DNA from: an uncultured delta proteobacterium
GTDB lineage: Bacteria > Myxococcota_A > Polyangia > Polyangiales > Polyangiaceae
Assembly (NCBI GenBank): GCA_963850305.1
Contig: CAWKKR010000011.1
Coordinates: 262,641 to 326,640 of the forward strand
DNA: 64,000 bases
Direction: 5' to 3'
In this document: piece after piece, positions 54,014-62,073 of the stretch
Layout of the letters: each line of letters begins with the position of its first letter
How positions within the stretch are numbered: the stretch's first letter is position 1
Translations under genes and position numbers: made by a program
The notes under the pieces: model-generated
The model's input: only the letters and a program-made list of their open reading frames with translations
The model's database searches: none
What the model was told of the DNA's origin: nothing

Positions 54014-55020
54014 TCATTGCCGGGCGCGATACGTCGAAGGCGCCGCGCCTTCCCAGCGCTTGAAGGCGCGCCGGAAGTTCGCGAGGTCCGTGTAGCCGAG
54101 GCGATAGGCGATCTCGTCCATGCCGAAGTGGCCCGACTTCAGGTGTTCGACGGCGAGCGTGTGTCGCACGGACTCGAGGATCTCCTCGATAGGACGTCCC
54201 CTCCTCCACGAGGCGCCGATGCAGCGTGCGTGTGGTCATGCGGAAGAGGCGCGCGGTCACCTGGAGCGACGGGAAGCCGCTCTGCTTCTCGAGCAGCAGG
54301 CGCCGCACGCGCGCGCTCGTCGAGGCGTGCGCCGCGATCTGCTCGAGCTCGCGCTGACAGATCAGCGCCGCGTCCTGGAACGCGGCCGGGTCCGCAAGCT
54401 TGAGCGGTAGATTCGAGCGCGCTCGCCGGTGCCGAGAAGCCGGTCCATTGCTGGTCGTACCGCACGGGGCACCCGAAGATCTCGCGCGCGAGCGTCGCGT
54501 GCTCGGGCTTGGGGAAAACGAAGCTCACCTCGCTGACGTGACACGCGCCGAGCGTGACCTCGTCGAGGACGTTCTTGATGCCGAGCACGATCGCTTCGAG
54601 GAGTGGACGCTGGATGTCCCCGAGCGGCAGCATCTCCGTGAACCGCACCCGCGCCTCCCGCGGGTCGACCTCGTGGGAGATCGTGACGAGCGAAGTGCGC
54701 AGCCGCGCGAAGCGCTCGACGATGTCGAGGGCCTGCCGCACCGTGCTGCTGTTCACGGCCGCCGCGCCGACCATGCCGTGAGTGCTGGCGAGGAGCCGCT
54801 CACCGACGAACAGTCCGAGCGCGGGCTCGCGCGCGATGGCCAGCGCCTCGAGCACGAGCTGCCGCAGCTGCGGGTACGGAAACATGCGGTGCGGATTCGC
54901 GAACTCGGCCTCTTCCATCCCGCAGCGACGGAGCCAGTCGTCGACGCTCGCGCCGCTGGTGCGCAGCTGATCGCCGATGAGCCGCACGTACTCGGCGGGC
55001 GTGCTGAAGTCGTCCGGCAT
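54014..55020 (-). CDS. AraC-family regulator (AraC-binding-like N-domain plus HTH), reading frame broken twice (near 54405-54415 and 54186-54193)
   Basis: Frame 1 runs from MPDDFSTPAEYVRLIGDQL to YDQQWTGFSAPASALE. Frame 2 continues PLKLADPAAFQDAALICQRELEQ...VRRLLLEKQSGFPSLQVTARLFRMTTRTLHRRLVEEGTSY. Frame 3 continues EEILESVRHTLAVEHLKSGHFGMDEIAYRLGYTDLANFRRAFKRWEGAAPSTYRARQ to stop 54014. Confidence 0.8.
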
Positions 55021-55160
55021 CTCGCCGATCGATTGGCAACAAATGACCCTTCATTGTCAAGAAATGACCTCCCTTGCTCGCCGACCGATCCGTAGAATCA
55101 GGGTGTAGCCGCGCGTGGATCCGATGTGATCCGCAGCAATCACCGGTAGATGAGGCGTCC

Positions 55161-57428
55161 ATGGAAGGCCCGATTTCCCCCGAAAGGCTCACGACCGTCC
55201 GGATCAACGGCCAGGCCGTCCCCGTCGAGCCGAAGGAGACCGTGCTCCAGGCGGCGCTGCGCGCCGGGGTCGACTTCCCGAACAGCTGCCGCGTGGGCGG
55301 CTGCGGCACGTGCCGATGCAAGCTCGCGTCGGGTCGAGTGAAGGAGCTCACCGAGACTGGTTACCTCCTGACGGCGGAGGAGATTGACCAAGGCTACATC
55401 CTCGCGTGCCAGAGCGTGCCGCAAACGGACGTGAGCGTGGAGGTGGATCTCTCGCGTGCGTCGGCCCGAGGCGTGCCCGGTCGCATCGTCGGGCAGGCCA
55501 AGGTCACGCACGACATCACGCGGCTCACCGTGCAGCTCGATCAGCCCGTCCCCTACAAGGCGGGCCAGTTCGCGAACCTCGCCATCGACGGCTTGCCCGG
55601 CGTGATACGAAGCTACTCCTTCGCGAGCCCGTCGCACCGCGACGCCCGGGTCACGTTCTACGTTCGCAAGGTGCCCGGCGGTGAAGTCTCGTCCCTCCTC
55701 AACGACACCGAGGTCGTCGGGCGCGGCGTGCGCGTCGACGGCCCCGTCGGAGACTTCTTCCTGCGAGCGAGCGATGCTCCGCTCCTCTTCGTGGCGGGTG
55801 GAAGCGGGCTCGCTCCGATCCTCGCGATCTTGAAGGACGCCGTCGCCGCGGGCGTGACGCGATCCGCGACGCTGCTCTTCGGCGCCCGAACCCAGGCCGA
55901 CCTGTACGCGCTCGAAGAGATCGAGGCGATCGCCGCGCAATGGCGGGGCTCGTTCCGCTTCGTGCCGGTGCTGTCCGCCGCACACGACGACGGGGCGTGG
56001 GCGGGCGAGCGCGGGCTCGTGACGGAGAAGATCCCGGAGCTCCTCGAGCGGGGCTCGCACGGATACCTGTGCGGCCCTCCCGCGATGATCGACGGCGCGA
56101 TCGAGCTCCTCCGACGCCAGGGCGTGTCGCGCGAGCACATCCACTTCGACCGCTTCACGACTCGCGCGGACGCCGAGAGCGCGAAGGTGGTCGCCCCCGC
56201 CGCCGAGCTCACCCAGGAGCGGTCGACGGCTGGCGTCCTGCACTACCTGAAGTATTTCGCCTTCCACCTCATCGGCCTGCTCGCCGTGAGCGCCATCTTC
56301 GGCGGCGGCAACATCGCGACGAGCGGGCTGCTCACCGTGCTCGCCCTGTACGTGCTCGGCGACGCCCTCCTCGGCGACGACACGTCGACGCCGCACTTCA
56401 CGTACCCGAAGATTCTGACGGCGCAGCTCTGGCTCGCCTTGCCGTTGCTCTCCCTGATCGTATTCGCAGCCGTGTGGAGCGTGTCACCGGGAGACCCTCT
56501 CGGCGCGGGCGCGCTCATCCACCGGTACCTGGGCTATGACGCGCTCGCCGCCCGCGCGGCTACGGGCGCGGGCGGCTACGTCTCGATTTTCGCGCTCACC
56601 GGCCTGATGATCGGGATGATCGGCACCATCACCGCGCACGAGCTCACCCACCGGACGTGGGATCCGGTTTCCATGCTGATCGGACGCTGGCTGCTCGCCT
56701 TCAGCTTCGACACCACCTTCGCCATCGAGCACGTCTACGGGCACCACCGGTACGTCTCGACCGTGGAAGACCCCGCGACGGCTCCGCGCGGACGCAACGT
56801 CTACCATCACATCGTCGCTTCGACGATCAAGGGCAATGTCAGCGCGTGGAAGATCGAGACGGACCGGCTCCGCAAGAAGCACCTCGGCGTGTTCAGCTGG
56901 CACAACGCGATGATTCGCGGCGAGCTGATGAGCGCAGCGTTGGTCGCGCTGTCCTTCGCGCTCGGCGGCGTCCGGGGCTGCGCGTTCTTTATCGTGTGCG
57001 CGCTCTGGGGAAAATCCCTTCTCGAGATCGTGAACTACATGGAGCACTACGGCATGGTGCGGAACCCGGCGACGCCCGTGCAGCCGCGCCACTCGTGGAA
57101 CACCAACCGTCGCGTGAGCTCCTGGACGATGTTCAATCTCACCCGGCACTCGCATCACCATGCCCAGGGCGAGGTCCCCTACCAGGACCTGAAGCCCTAT
57201 GCCGACGCCCCGATGATGGTGAGCGGCTACCTGACGACGATCATGATCGCGATGCTGCCCCCGCTCTGGCACAGGCTCATGACGCCGAAGGTGCTCGTGT
57301 GGGACCGCGACTACGCGACTGCCGAAGAGCTCGAGCTCGCCGCTCGCGCCAACCAGAAGAGTGGCATGCGCGCCTTCACCGCCGGCGCGCCACCAGCCTA
57401 CGGCTCGACTCAGGCGACTCGCGCGTGA
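55161..57428 (+). CDS. self-sufficient membrane monooxygenase: [2Fe-2S] ferredoxin plus FNR-type reductase (XylA-like) fused to AlkB/XylM-family di-iron hydroxylase
   Basis: ATG 55161. The ferredoxin domain has CRVGGCGTC...ACQS. The FNR domain has RSYSFAS, GGSGLAP and YLCGPPAM. The membrane domain carries all AlkB-type His boxes: HELTHR, EHVYGHH, NYMEHYG and LTRHSHHH. Confidence 0.85.
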   Translation: MEGPISPERLTTVRINGQAVPVEPKETVLQAALRAGVDFPNSCRVGGCGTCRCKLASGRVKELTETGYLLTAEEIDQGYILACQSVPQTDVSVEVDLSRASARGVPGRIVGQAKVTHDITRLTVQLDQPVPYKAGQFANLAIDGLPGVIRSYSFASPSHRDARVTFYVRKVPGGEVSSLLNDTEVVGRGVRVDGPVGDFFLRASDAPLLFVAGGSGLAPILAILKDAVAAGVTRSATLLFGARTQADLYALEEIEAIAAQWRGSFRFVPVLSAAHDDGAWAGERGLVTEKIPELLERGSHGYLCGPPAMIDGAIELLRRQGVSREHIHFDRFTTRADAESAKVVAPAAELTQERSTAGVLHYLKYFAFHLIGLLAVSAIFGGGNIATSGLLTVLALYVLGDALLGDDTSTPHFTYPKILTAQLWLALPLLSLIVFAAVWSVSPGDPLGAGALIHRYLGYDALAARAATGAGGYVSIFALTGLMIGMIGTITAHELTHRTWDPVSMLIGRWLLAFSFDTTFAIEHVYGHHRYVSTVEDPATAPRGRNVYHHIVASTIKGNVSAWKIETDRLRKKHLGVFSWHNAMIRGELMSAALVALSFALGGVRGCAFFIVCALWGKSLLEIVNYMEHYGMVRNPATPVQPRHSWNTNRRVSSWTMFNLTRHSHHHAQGEVPYQDLKPYADAPMMVSGYLTTIMIAMLPPLWHRLMTPKVLVWDRDYATAEELELAARANQKSGMRAFTAGAPPAYGSTQATRA

Positions 57429-57501
57429 GCAGTCAGCGTCCGTCGCGGACCACCTCGAGTGGTCCCGTCGTTCGCGAAGAGTTCCCTCCCCGCGTTGCGG
57501 C

Positions 57502-57543
57502 AAGGCCGTTCCACGTCACGGAAAGGCCGTTCCACGTCACGGC
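57502..57543. repeat. 21-bp direct tandem duplication in a convergent intergenic region
   Basis: AAGGCCGTTCCACGTCACGG(A/C) occurs twice back to back. The flanking GGCAAGGC is repeated at 57499 and 57544, giving a partial third unit. Confidence 0.85.
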
Positions 57544-57563
57544 GGCAAGGCATCCGAGTCTCG

Positions 57564-60533
57564 TCAATCCTCCGGCGCGAACCCGCGGCGGAGGGTGTTC
57601 TCGGTGACGGTCCGGGCAGTGGCGAAGTGCAGCAGGTAGTCGCGGCCGCCCGCCTTGCCGCCGGTGCCGGAGTGCCGGTGGCCGCCGAAGGGCTGACGTG
57701 AGACGAGCGCGCCGGTGATCTTGCGGTTCACGTAGAGGTTGCCGACGTCGAAGTCGGCGCGAGCACGGGCGATGTGGGCGGGGCTCCGCGAATAGACGCC
57801 ACCCGTGAGCGCGTATTCGGTCCCGTTCGCGAGCGCGAGCGCGTGCGCGAAGTCCCTCGCACGCAGCACGGCGAGGACCGGGCCGAAGATCTCTTCCTGG
57901 GCGAGCTTCGACGTCGGATCGACGTCGGCGACGATCACGGGCGCGGCGAAGTATCCCCGCTTCGTGCCGGGACCGAGCTCGCCGCGATAGACCACCCGCG
58001 CGGCGCGGCTCGCCGCCTCGACGTAGCGCGCGACGCGTCCCACGGACTCGGCGTCGATGAGAGGGCCCACGGAGCTCGCGGGGTCGTCGGCAGGACCCGT
58101 GACGAGAGCGCGAGCGGCTTCGACGAGCCTTTCGACGAACGCATCGTGGGCTCGCCCGACGACGATGACGCGGCTGCACGCCGAGCACTTCTGACCCGCG
58201 TACCCGAACGCGGACGCGAGCACGCCGGGGACGGCTTCGTCGAAGTCGGCGTCGTCATCGACGATGATCGCGTTCTTGCCGCCCATCTCGGCGATGACTT
58301 TCTTGATGCCGAAGGGTCCGATCGACGTTTCCGCCGCCCTCCGGGCGATCAGGTGTCCAGCGGCACGCGAGCCGGTGAACGCAATGGTCGCGATATCGGG
58401 GTGCTCGACGAGCCGCGCGCCCGCGACCTCGCCGAGGCCGGGCAAGAAGTGGAGGGCTCGCGCCGGCACGCCCGCCTGGCGGAACAGGCGGAAGACGTGG
58501 AAGGCACACGCGGGGGTTTGCTCGGCGGGTTTCAGGAGTACCGGATTGCCCATCACGAGGGCCGCGCTCGCCATGCCCGTCAAGATCGCGAAGGGGAAAT
58601 TCCAGGGACTGATGACCGCTGTGGGGCCGCGGGGTCCGAGCGTGGTCACGTTGTCCTCGCCCGGGACCGCGCACCGCTCGGGCTTCGAGAGAGCGCGCGC
58701 CTCGACGGCGTAGTAACGACAGAAGTCGATCGCCTCGGCGATGTCCGCGTCGGCGTCGCGGATCGGCTTCCCGGCTTCGAGACATGCCCAGGCCGCAAGT
58801 TCGTCGCGCCGCGCCGCCATCGAGGCGGCGACGCGCTCCAGGATCGCCGCTCGCTCGTACGCGGGAACCGCGCGCCACTCGGCTAAGCCCTCCTTCGCGG
58901 ATTCCACCGCTCGATCGACATGGCCGGCCTCGGCGGATGCACTCGACGCGACGACGCGCGTGGCGTCCGACGGGCACACGCTCCGGATCAGCTCGGCGGT
59001 ATCGACGTCCCCGCCCGCGATGACGAGCGAGCAGTGAATCCCGGCATCCCGCGACACGCTCGCGAACGCGCTGCGAAAGGCGGTCCGCGCTTCCTCGTTC
59101 GAGAAGTCGCGAAGGGGCTCGTTCTGGAATGCGTCGCCCGGGTCAAGGTTCATCGGGGTTTCCTCTCGGGGTGGGGACGGAAGCGGTGGCGCGACGAGCC
59201 AGTCGATATCTTGGCCGCTGCCCAGCTCGTGCCGCACGAAGGATTCGTTGGAGGTGTTTTCGAGAAGGCGTCTCACCAGATAGGCCATGCCGGGAATGAG
59301 CTCGCCGAAGGGCATGTAGACCCGCACGCGCTGGCCCATCTTCGTGAGTCCGACTTTGAGGGCTTCGGCCATGCCGTAGAGGGCCTGGAGCTCGATGTAG
59401 CGCTCCGGAAGGCCCCGCACCCGCGCCACCGAGAGCGCTCGCGAAAGGCTTCGTACGTTGTGGCTCCCGAACGCCGGCCGGAGGGTGCTCTCGCGATCGA
59501 GCAAGAGCTCGGTGCACCGCTCGTAGTTCGCGTCGGTCTCCCATTTCCGCTCCCAGACCGGCACCGGCCAGCCGCGTTGTCGGGCGAGCACCGTCTCGGA
59601 ATCCCAGTACGCGCCCTTGACGAGTCGCACCCAGAAGGGAGCGCCGCGCCGGCGCGCGAACGCCGAGAGCCGTCCGAGGTCACGCTCCGCGTCGCGCAGA
59701 TAGGCCTGGAGAACGACGCCGACGTGCGCATTCCTGGCGTAGCGAGGGCTCCCGAGCACTTCTTCGAAGATTGAAAGCGTGAGGTCCTTGCGTTCGTATT
59801 GCTCCATGTCGACGTGGACGAACGCGCCGACTTCCGCGGCGACGTCGAGGATGGAGCGGAGCCGGGGGACGACGGCGCGTGCCACTCCGTCGGGGTCGAG
59901 GGGATCGAAGATGGACGTCAATGCGGACAGCTTGATGGAAATGTTTACCCGCGGGAGACGCGAGCCGTCGTGGTCGCGATCGATGCGCGGGTCCTCCGGG
60001 AGGGACGCCACGGCGCTCGCCGTCTCGCGGAGCAGCGCGACGTATTGATCGCGATAAGCGTCCGCTTCGCGTTCGGTGAGCACGGCTTCACCGAGCGCAT
60101 CGAGGGTGGCCGCGAGGCCGCGCGACCGGAGCTCGCGGATCGCGACGACGAGCTCGCGCGGCGTGGTGCCGGCGATGAACCTCTTCGCCATCCGGAGAAC
60201 GTTGCGACGCGCCGTCCTCGAGACGACTCGCGCGACGCGCCGCTCCGACCGCGAGAGGTCGACCGTCCACCGGAGCGGCACGGGGAGGTCGTCCCGCGCG
60301 TCCCCGAGGTATTCGACGAGGTGCGCCGTGACGTCATCGGGCGGCAGCGCCGGGAGGACGTCGATGAACCGGAAGAGCTCCGCTTTCAGGTGCGGATGGC
60401 GCATACAGAAGTCGAGGACGAGGTCATCCCAGAATGCCGTATCCGGCAGCCACGGCACGTCGCTCGAGGATTGCTCGAGGAGCGCTCGCGCCGTACGCTC
60501 GGTGGCTTCCTCGATGTCGTCGGACTCGGGCAC
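57564..60533 (-). CDS. putA: bifunctional proline dehydrogenase / L-glutamate gamma-semialdehyde dehydrogenase PutA (no DNA-binding domain)
   Basis: 989 aa with a GTG start. The PRODH barrel contains ISIKLSAL, VHVDMEQY, VGVVLQAYL, VRLVKGAYWD and LYGM. The ALDH part contains SPWNFP, EMGGKNA, GQKCSA and EEIFGPV. Confidence 0.9.
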   Translation of the reverse strand: MPESDDIEEATERTARALLEQSSSDVPWLPDTAFWDDLVLDFCMRHPHLKAELFRFIDVLPALPPDDVTAHLVEYLGDARDDLPVPLRWTVDLSRSERRVARVVSRTARRNVLRMAKRFIAGTTPRELVVAIRELRSRGLAATLDALGEAVLTEREADAYRDQYVALLRETASAVASLPEDPRIDRDHDGSRLPRVNISIKLSALTSIFDPLDPDGVARAVVPRLRSILDVAAEVGAFVHVDMEQYERKDLTLSIFEEVLGSPRYARNAHVGVVLQAYLRDAERDLGRLSAFARRRGAPFWVRLVKGAYWDSETVLARQRGWPVPVWERKWETDANYERCTELLLDRESTLRPAFGSHNVRSLSRALSVARVRGLPERYIELQALYGMAEALKVGLTKMGQRVRVYMPFGELIPGMAYLVRRLLENTSNESFVRHELGSGQDIDWLVAPPLPSPPREETPMNLDPGDAFQNEPLRDFSNEEARTAFRSAFASVSRDAGIHCSLVIAGGDVDTAELIRSVCPSDATRVVASSASAEAGHVDRAVESAKEGLAEWRAVPAYERAAILERVAASMAARRDELAAWACLEAGKPIRDADADIAEAIDFCRYYAVEARALSKPERCAVPGEDNVTTLGPRGPTAVISPWNFPFAILTGMASAALVMGNPVLLKPAEQTPACAFHVFRLFRQAGVPARALHFLPGLGEVAGARLVEHPDIATIAFTGSRAAGHLIARRAAETSIGPFGIKKVIAEMGGKNAIIVDDDADFDEAVPGVLASAFGYAGQKCSACSRVIVVGRAHDAFVERLVEAARALVTGPADDPASSVGPLIDAESVGRVARYVEAASRAARVVYRGELGPGTKRGYFAAPVIVADVDPTSKLAQEEIFGPVLAVLRARDFAHALALANGTEYALTGGVYSRSPAHIARARADFDVGNLYVNRKITGALVSRQPFGGHRHSGTGGKAGGRDYLLHFATARTVTENTLRRGFAPED

Positions 60534-60621
60534 CGAGTGAGCTTAGCGCGCGCGGAAGGCTCGTCGCCGATCCGCCCGCGGAACCTTGGAGTAGGATGCC
60601 CGTTCGAACCAAAGGAGCGCC

Positions 60622-61479
60622 ATGGACCCCGATTTAGACGACGACCCGAACCTCCTTCCGCGAAGACCGAGTGGCACCGGCCGGCTCGTGATGGTTCTCG
60701 GCATTCTCCTGCCCGCGTCGATCGGTGCCGGCATCGCGATCGGGGCGTACACTTTCGGCTCCCCTCACCCGTCCGCGGCGCCCGTTGCGAGCGTCGAAAA
60801 ACCTAAATGCCCGCCCGTTCCGACGGTTCCCGTTCCGGTGACCCTGGTCGACCGGGCGATTGCCGGTGACTACCAGGCCCTCGATGCACTCAAGGCCAAG
60901 GCGCCCGCGGATCGCACCGTCGAGGAGACGCTCGCCCTCTGGCGAGGCAAGGCGCACAACAAGTCGGCGGCTCTCGAGGGTTTCAACAAGGAGATCAAGA
61001 AGAACGCGGACGTGCTCTCGGACAAGAGCCAGCTTTCGCGGCTCAAGGATTTCCTGAACGACCGCGAGACCACGAACCAGGCCGCTGCGGTCATCGTGGA
61101 CCTTCCCGGCACGCTCGGCCCGGATCTTCTTTACGAAGCCGCGACTGCGAGAAAACCCGGGGAAACGGGCGAGCTTGCGGATGAACTCCTCGAGACGAAG
61201 CAAGTACGCGACAAGGCGTCTCCTGCGTTACTGCTGGCGCTCGACCTGAAAAAGTCCACGCAGTGCGAGGACTTCAAGGCGCTGCTCCCGCGGGCCGCAG
61301 AGCAGGGCGATCGCCGCTCCGTTCCGCTCCTGTTCAAGTTGACGAAAAAGCACGGGTGCGGGGACAACAAGCTCGGCGATTGTTATGAGTGTCTGAGGCC
61401 GCTCGAAAAGGACAAGACTGCGATCGACCTCGGGAAGGCGCTGAAGGCAGCTCTGAAGCGCCCCGCTCCAAAGCTCTGA
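60622..61479 (+). CDS. membrane-anchored hypothetical protein
   Basis: 285 aa with a single TM helix (LVMVLGILLPASIGAGIAIGAY) and a Lys/Asp-rich helical ectodomain containing a CGDNKLGDCYEC motif. Confidence 0.65.
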   Translation: MDPDLDDDPNLLPRRPSGTGRLVMVLGILLPASIGAGIAIGAYTFGSPHPSAAPVASVEKPKCPPVPTVPVPVTLVDRAIAGDYQALDALKAKAPADRTVEETLALWRGKAHNKSAALEGFNKEIKKNADVLSDKSQLSRLKDFLNDRETTNQAAAVIVDLPGTLGPDLLYEAATARKPGETGELADELLETKQVRDKASPALLLALDLKKSTQCEDFKALLPRAAEQGDRRSVPLLFKLTKKHGCGDNKLGDCYECLRPLEKDKTAIDLGKALKAALKRPAPKL

Positions 61480-61482
61480 GAG

Positions 61483-62058
61483 ATGAGAGAACTTCCGGCC
61501 GTTCGCGTGAGCGCCGCTCGCGACATGGTCGCATTCGCGGAAAAGTTCGAAGCAGGGACGCGGGCCAAGATCCTGGATCGTATGCCTCCGGCGACACGCC
61601 AGGCGTTCGAGTCGAGCCCGCGGACGTCGTGGTCCGGCATCGAAGACGATCACTGGGTCGTGGATGGCGTCGTGAACGCCCTAGGACGCAAGCGAGCGGT
61701 CGAATGTTGGCGGAGCGCTATCCCCGACCTGATCGACAAACCGCTCCTTCACGGTTTCGTGTCCGGCATGGTGCGGCTCTTCGGACGAGATCCCGCGCGG
61801 ATCATCGGCCTCGTGCCGAAGGGCTGGCCGCTCGTGTTCCGCAACTTCTGCGACCTACGCTCGGCAGATGGCGACGGACAGCGCGCCATCATCCATTTCG
61901 AACGAGTCGCGCCGGAGGTGAAGGCCTACCCGAACTACTTTCATTCCTGGGATGGGATCCTGCAGGGGGTGCTCCTCATCTGCCGCGTCGACGGCACCGT
62001 CGACTTCACCGTCGGGCGGGATATGACCAGCGCCGAGGCCATCGTCCGGTGGGGTTGA
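61483..62058 (+). CDS. hypothetical cytoplasmic protein (size and composition reminiscent of the myxobacterial DUF2378 paralogous family; not verified)
   Basis: 191 aa. It starts 4 nt after the previous stop and has high GC3. Confidence 0.6.
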   Translation: MRELPAVRVSAARDMVAFAEKFEAGTRAKILDRMPPATRQAFESSPRTSWSGIEDDHWVVDGVVNALGRKRAVECWRSAIPDLIDKPLLHGFVSGMVRLFGRDPARIIGLVPKGWPLVFRNFCDLRSADGDGQRAIIHFERVAPEVKAYPNYFHSWDGILQGVLLICRVDGTVDFTVGRDMTSAEAIVRWG

Positions 62059-62073
62059 GGAGTCGGGCCGCGA

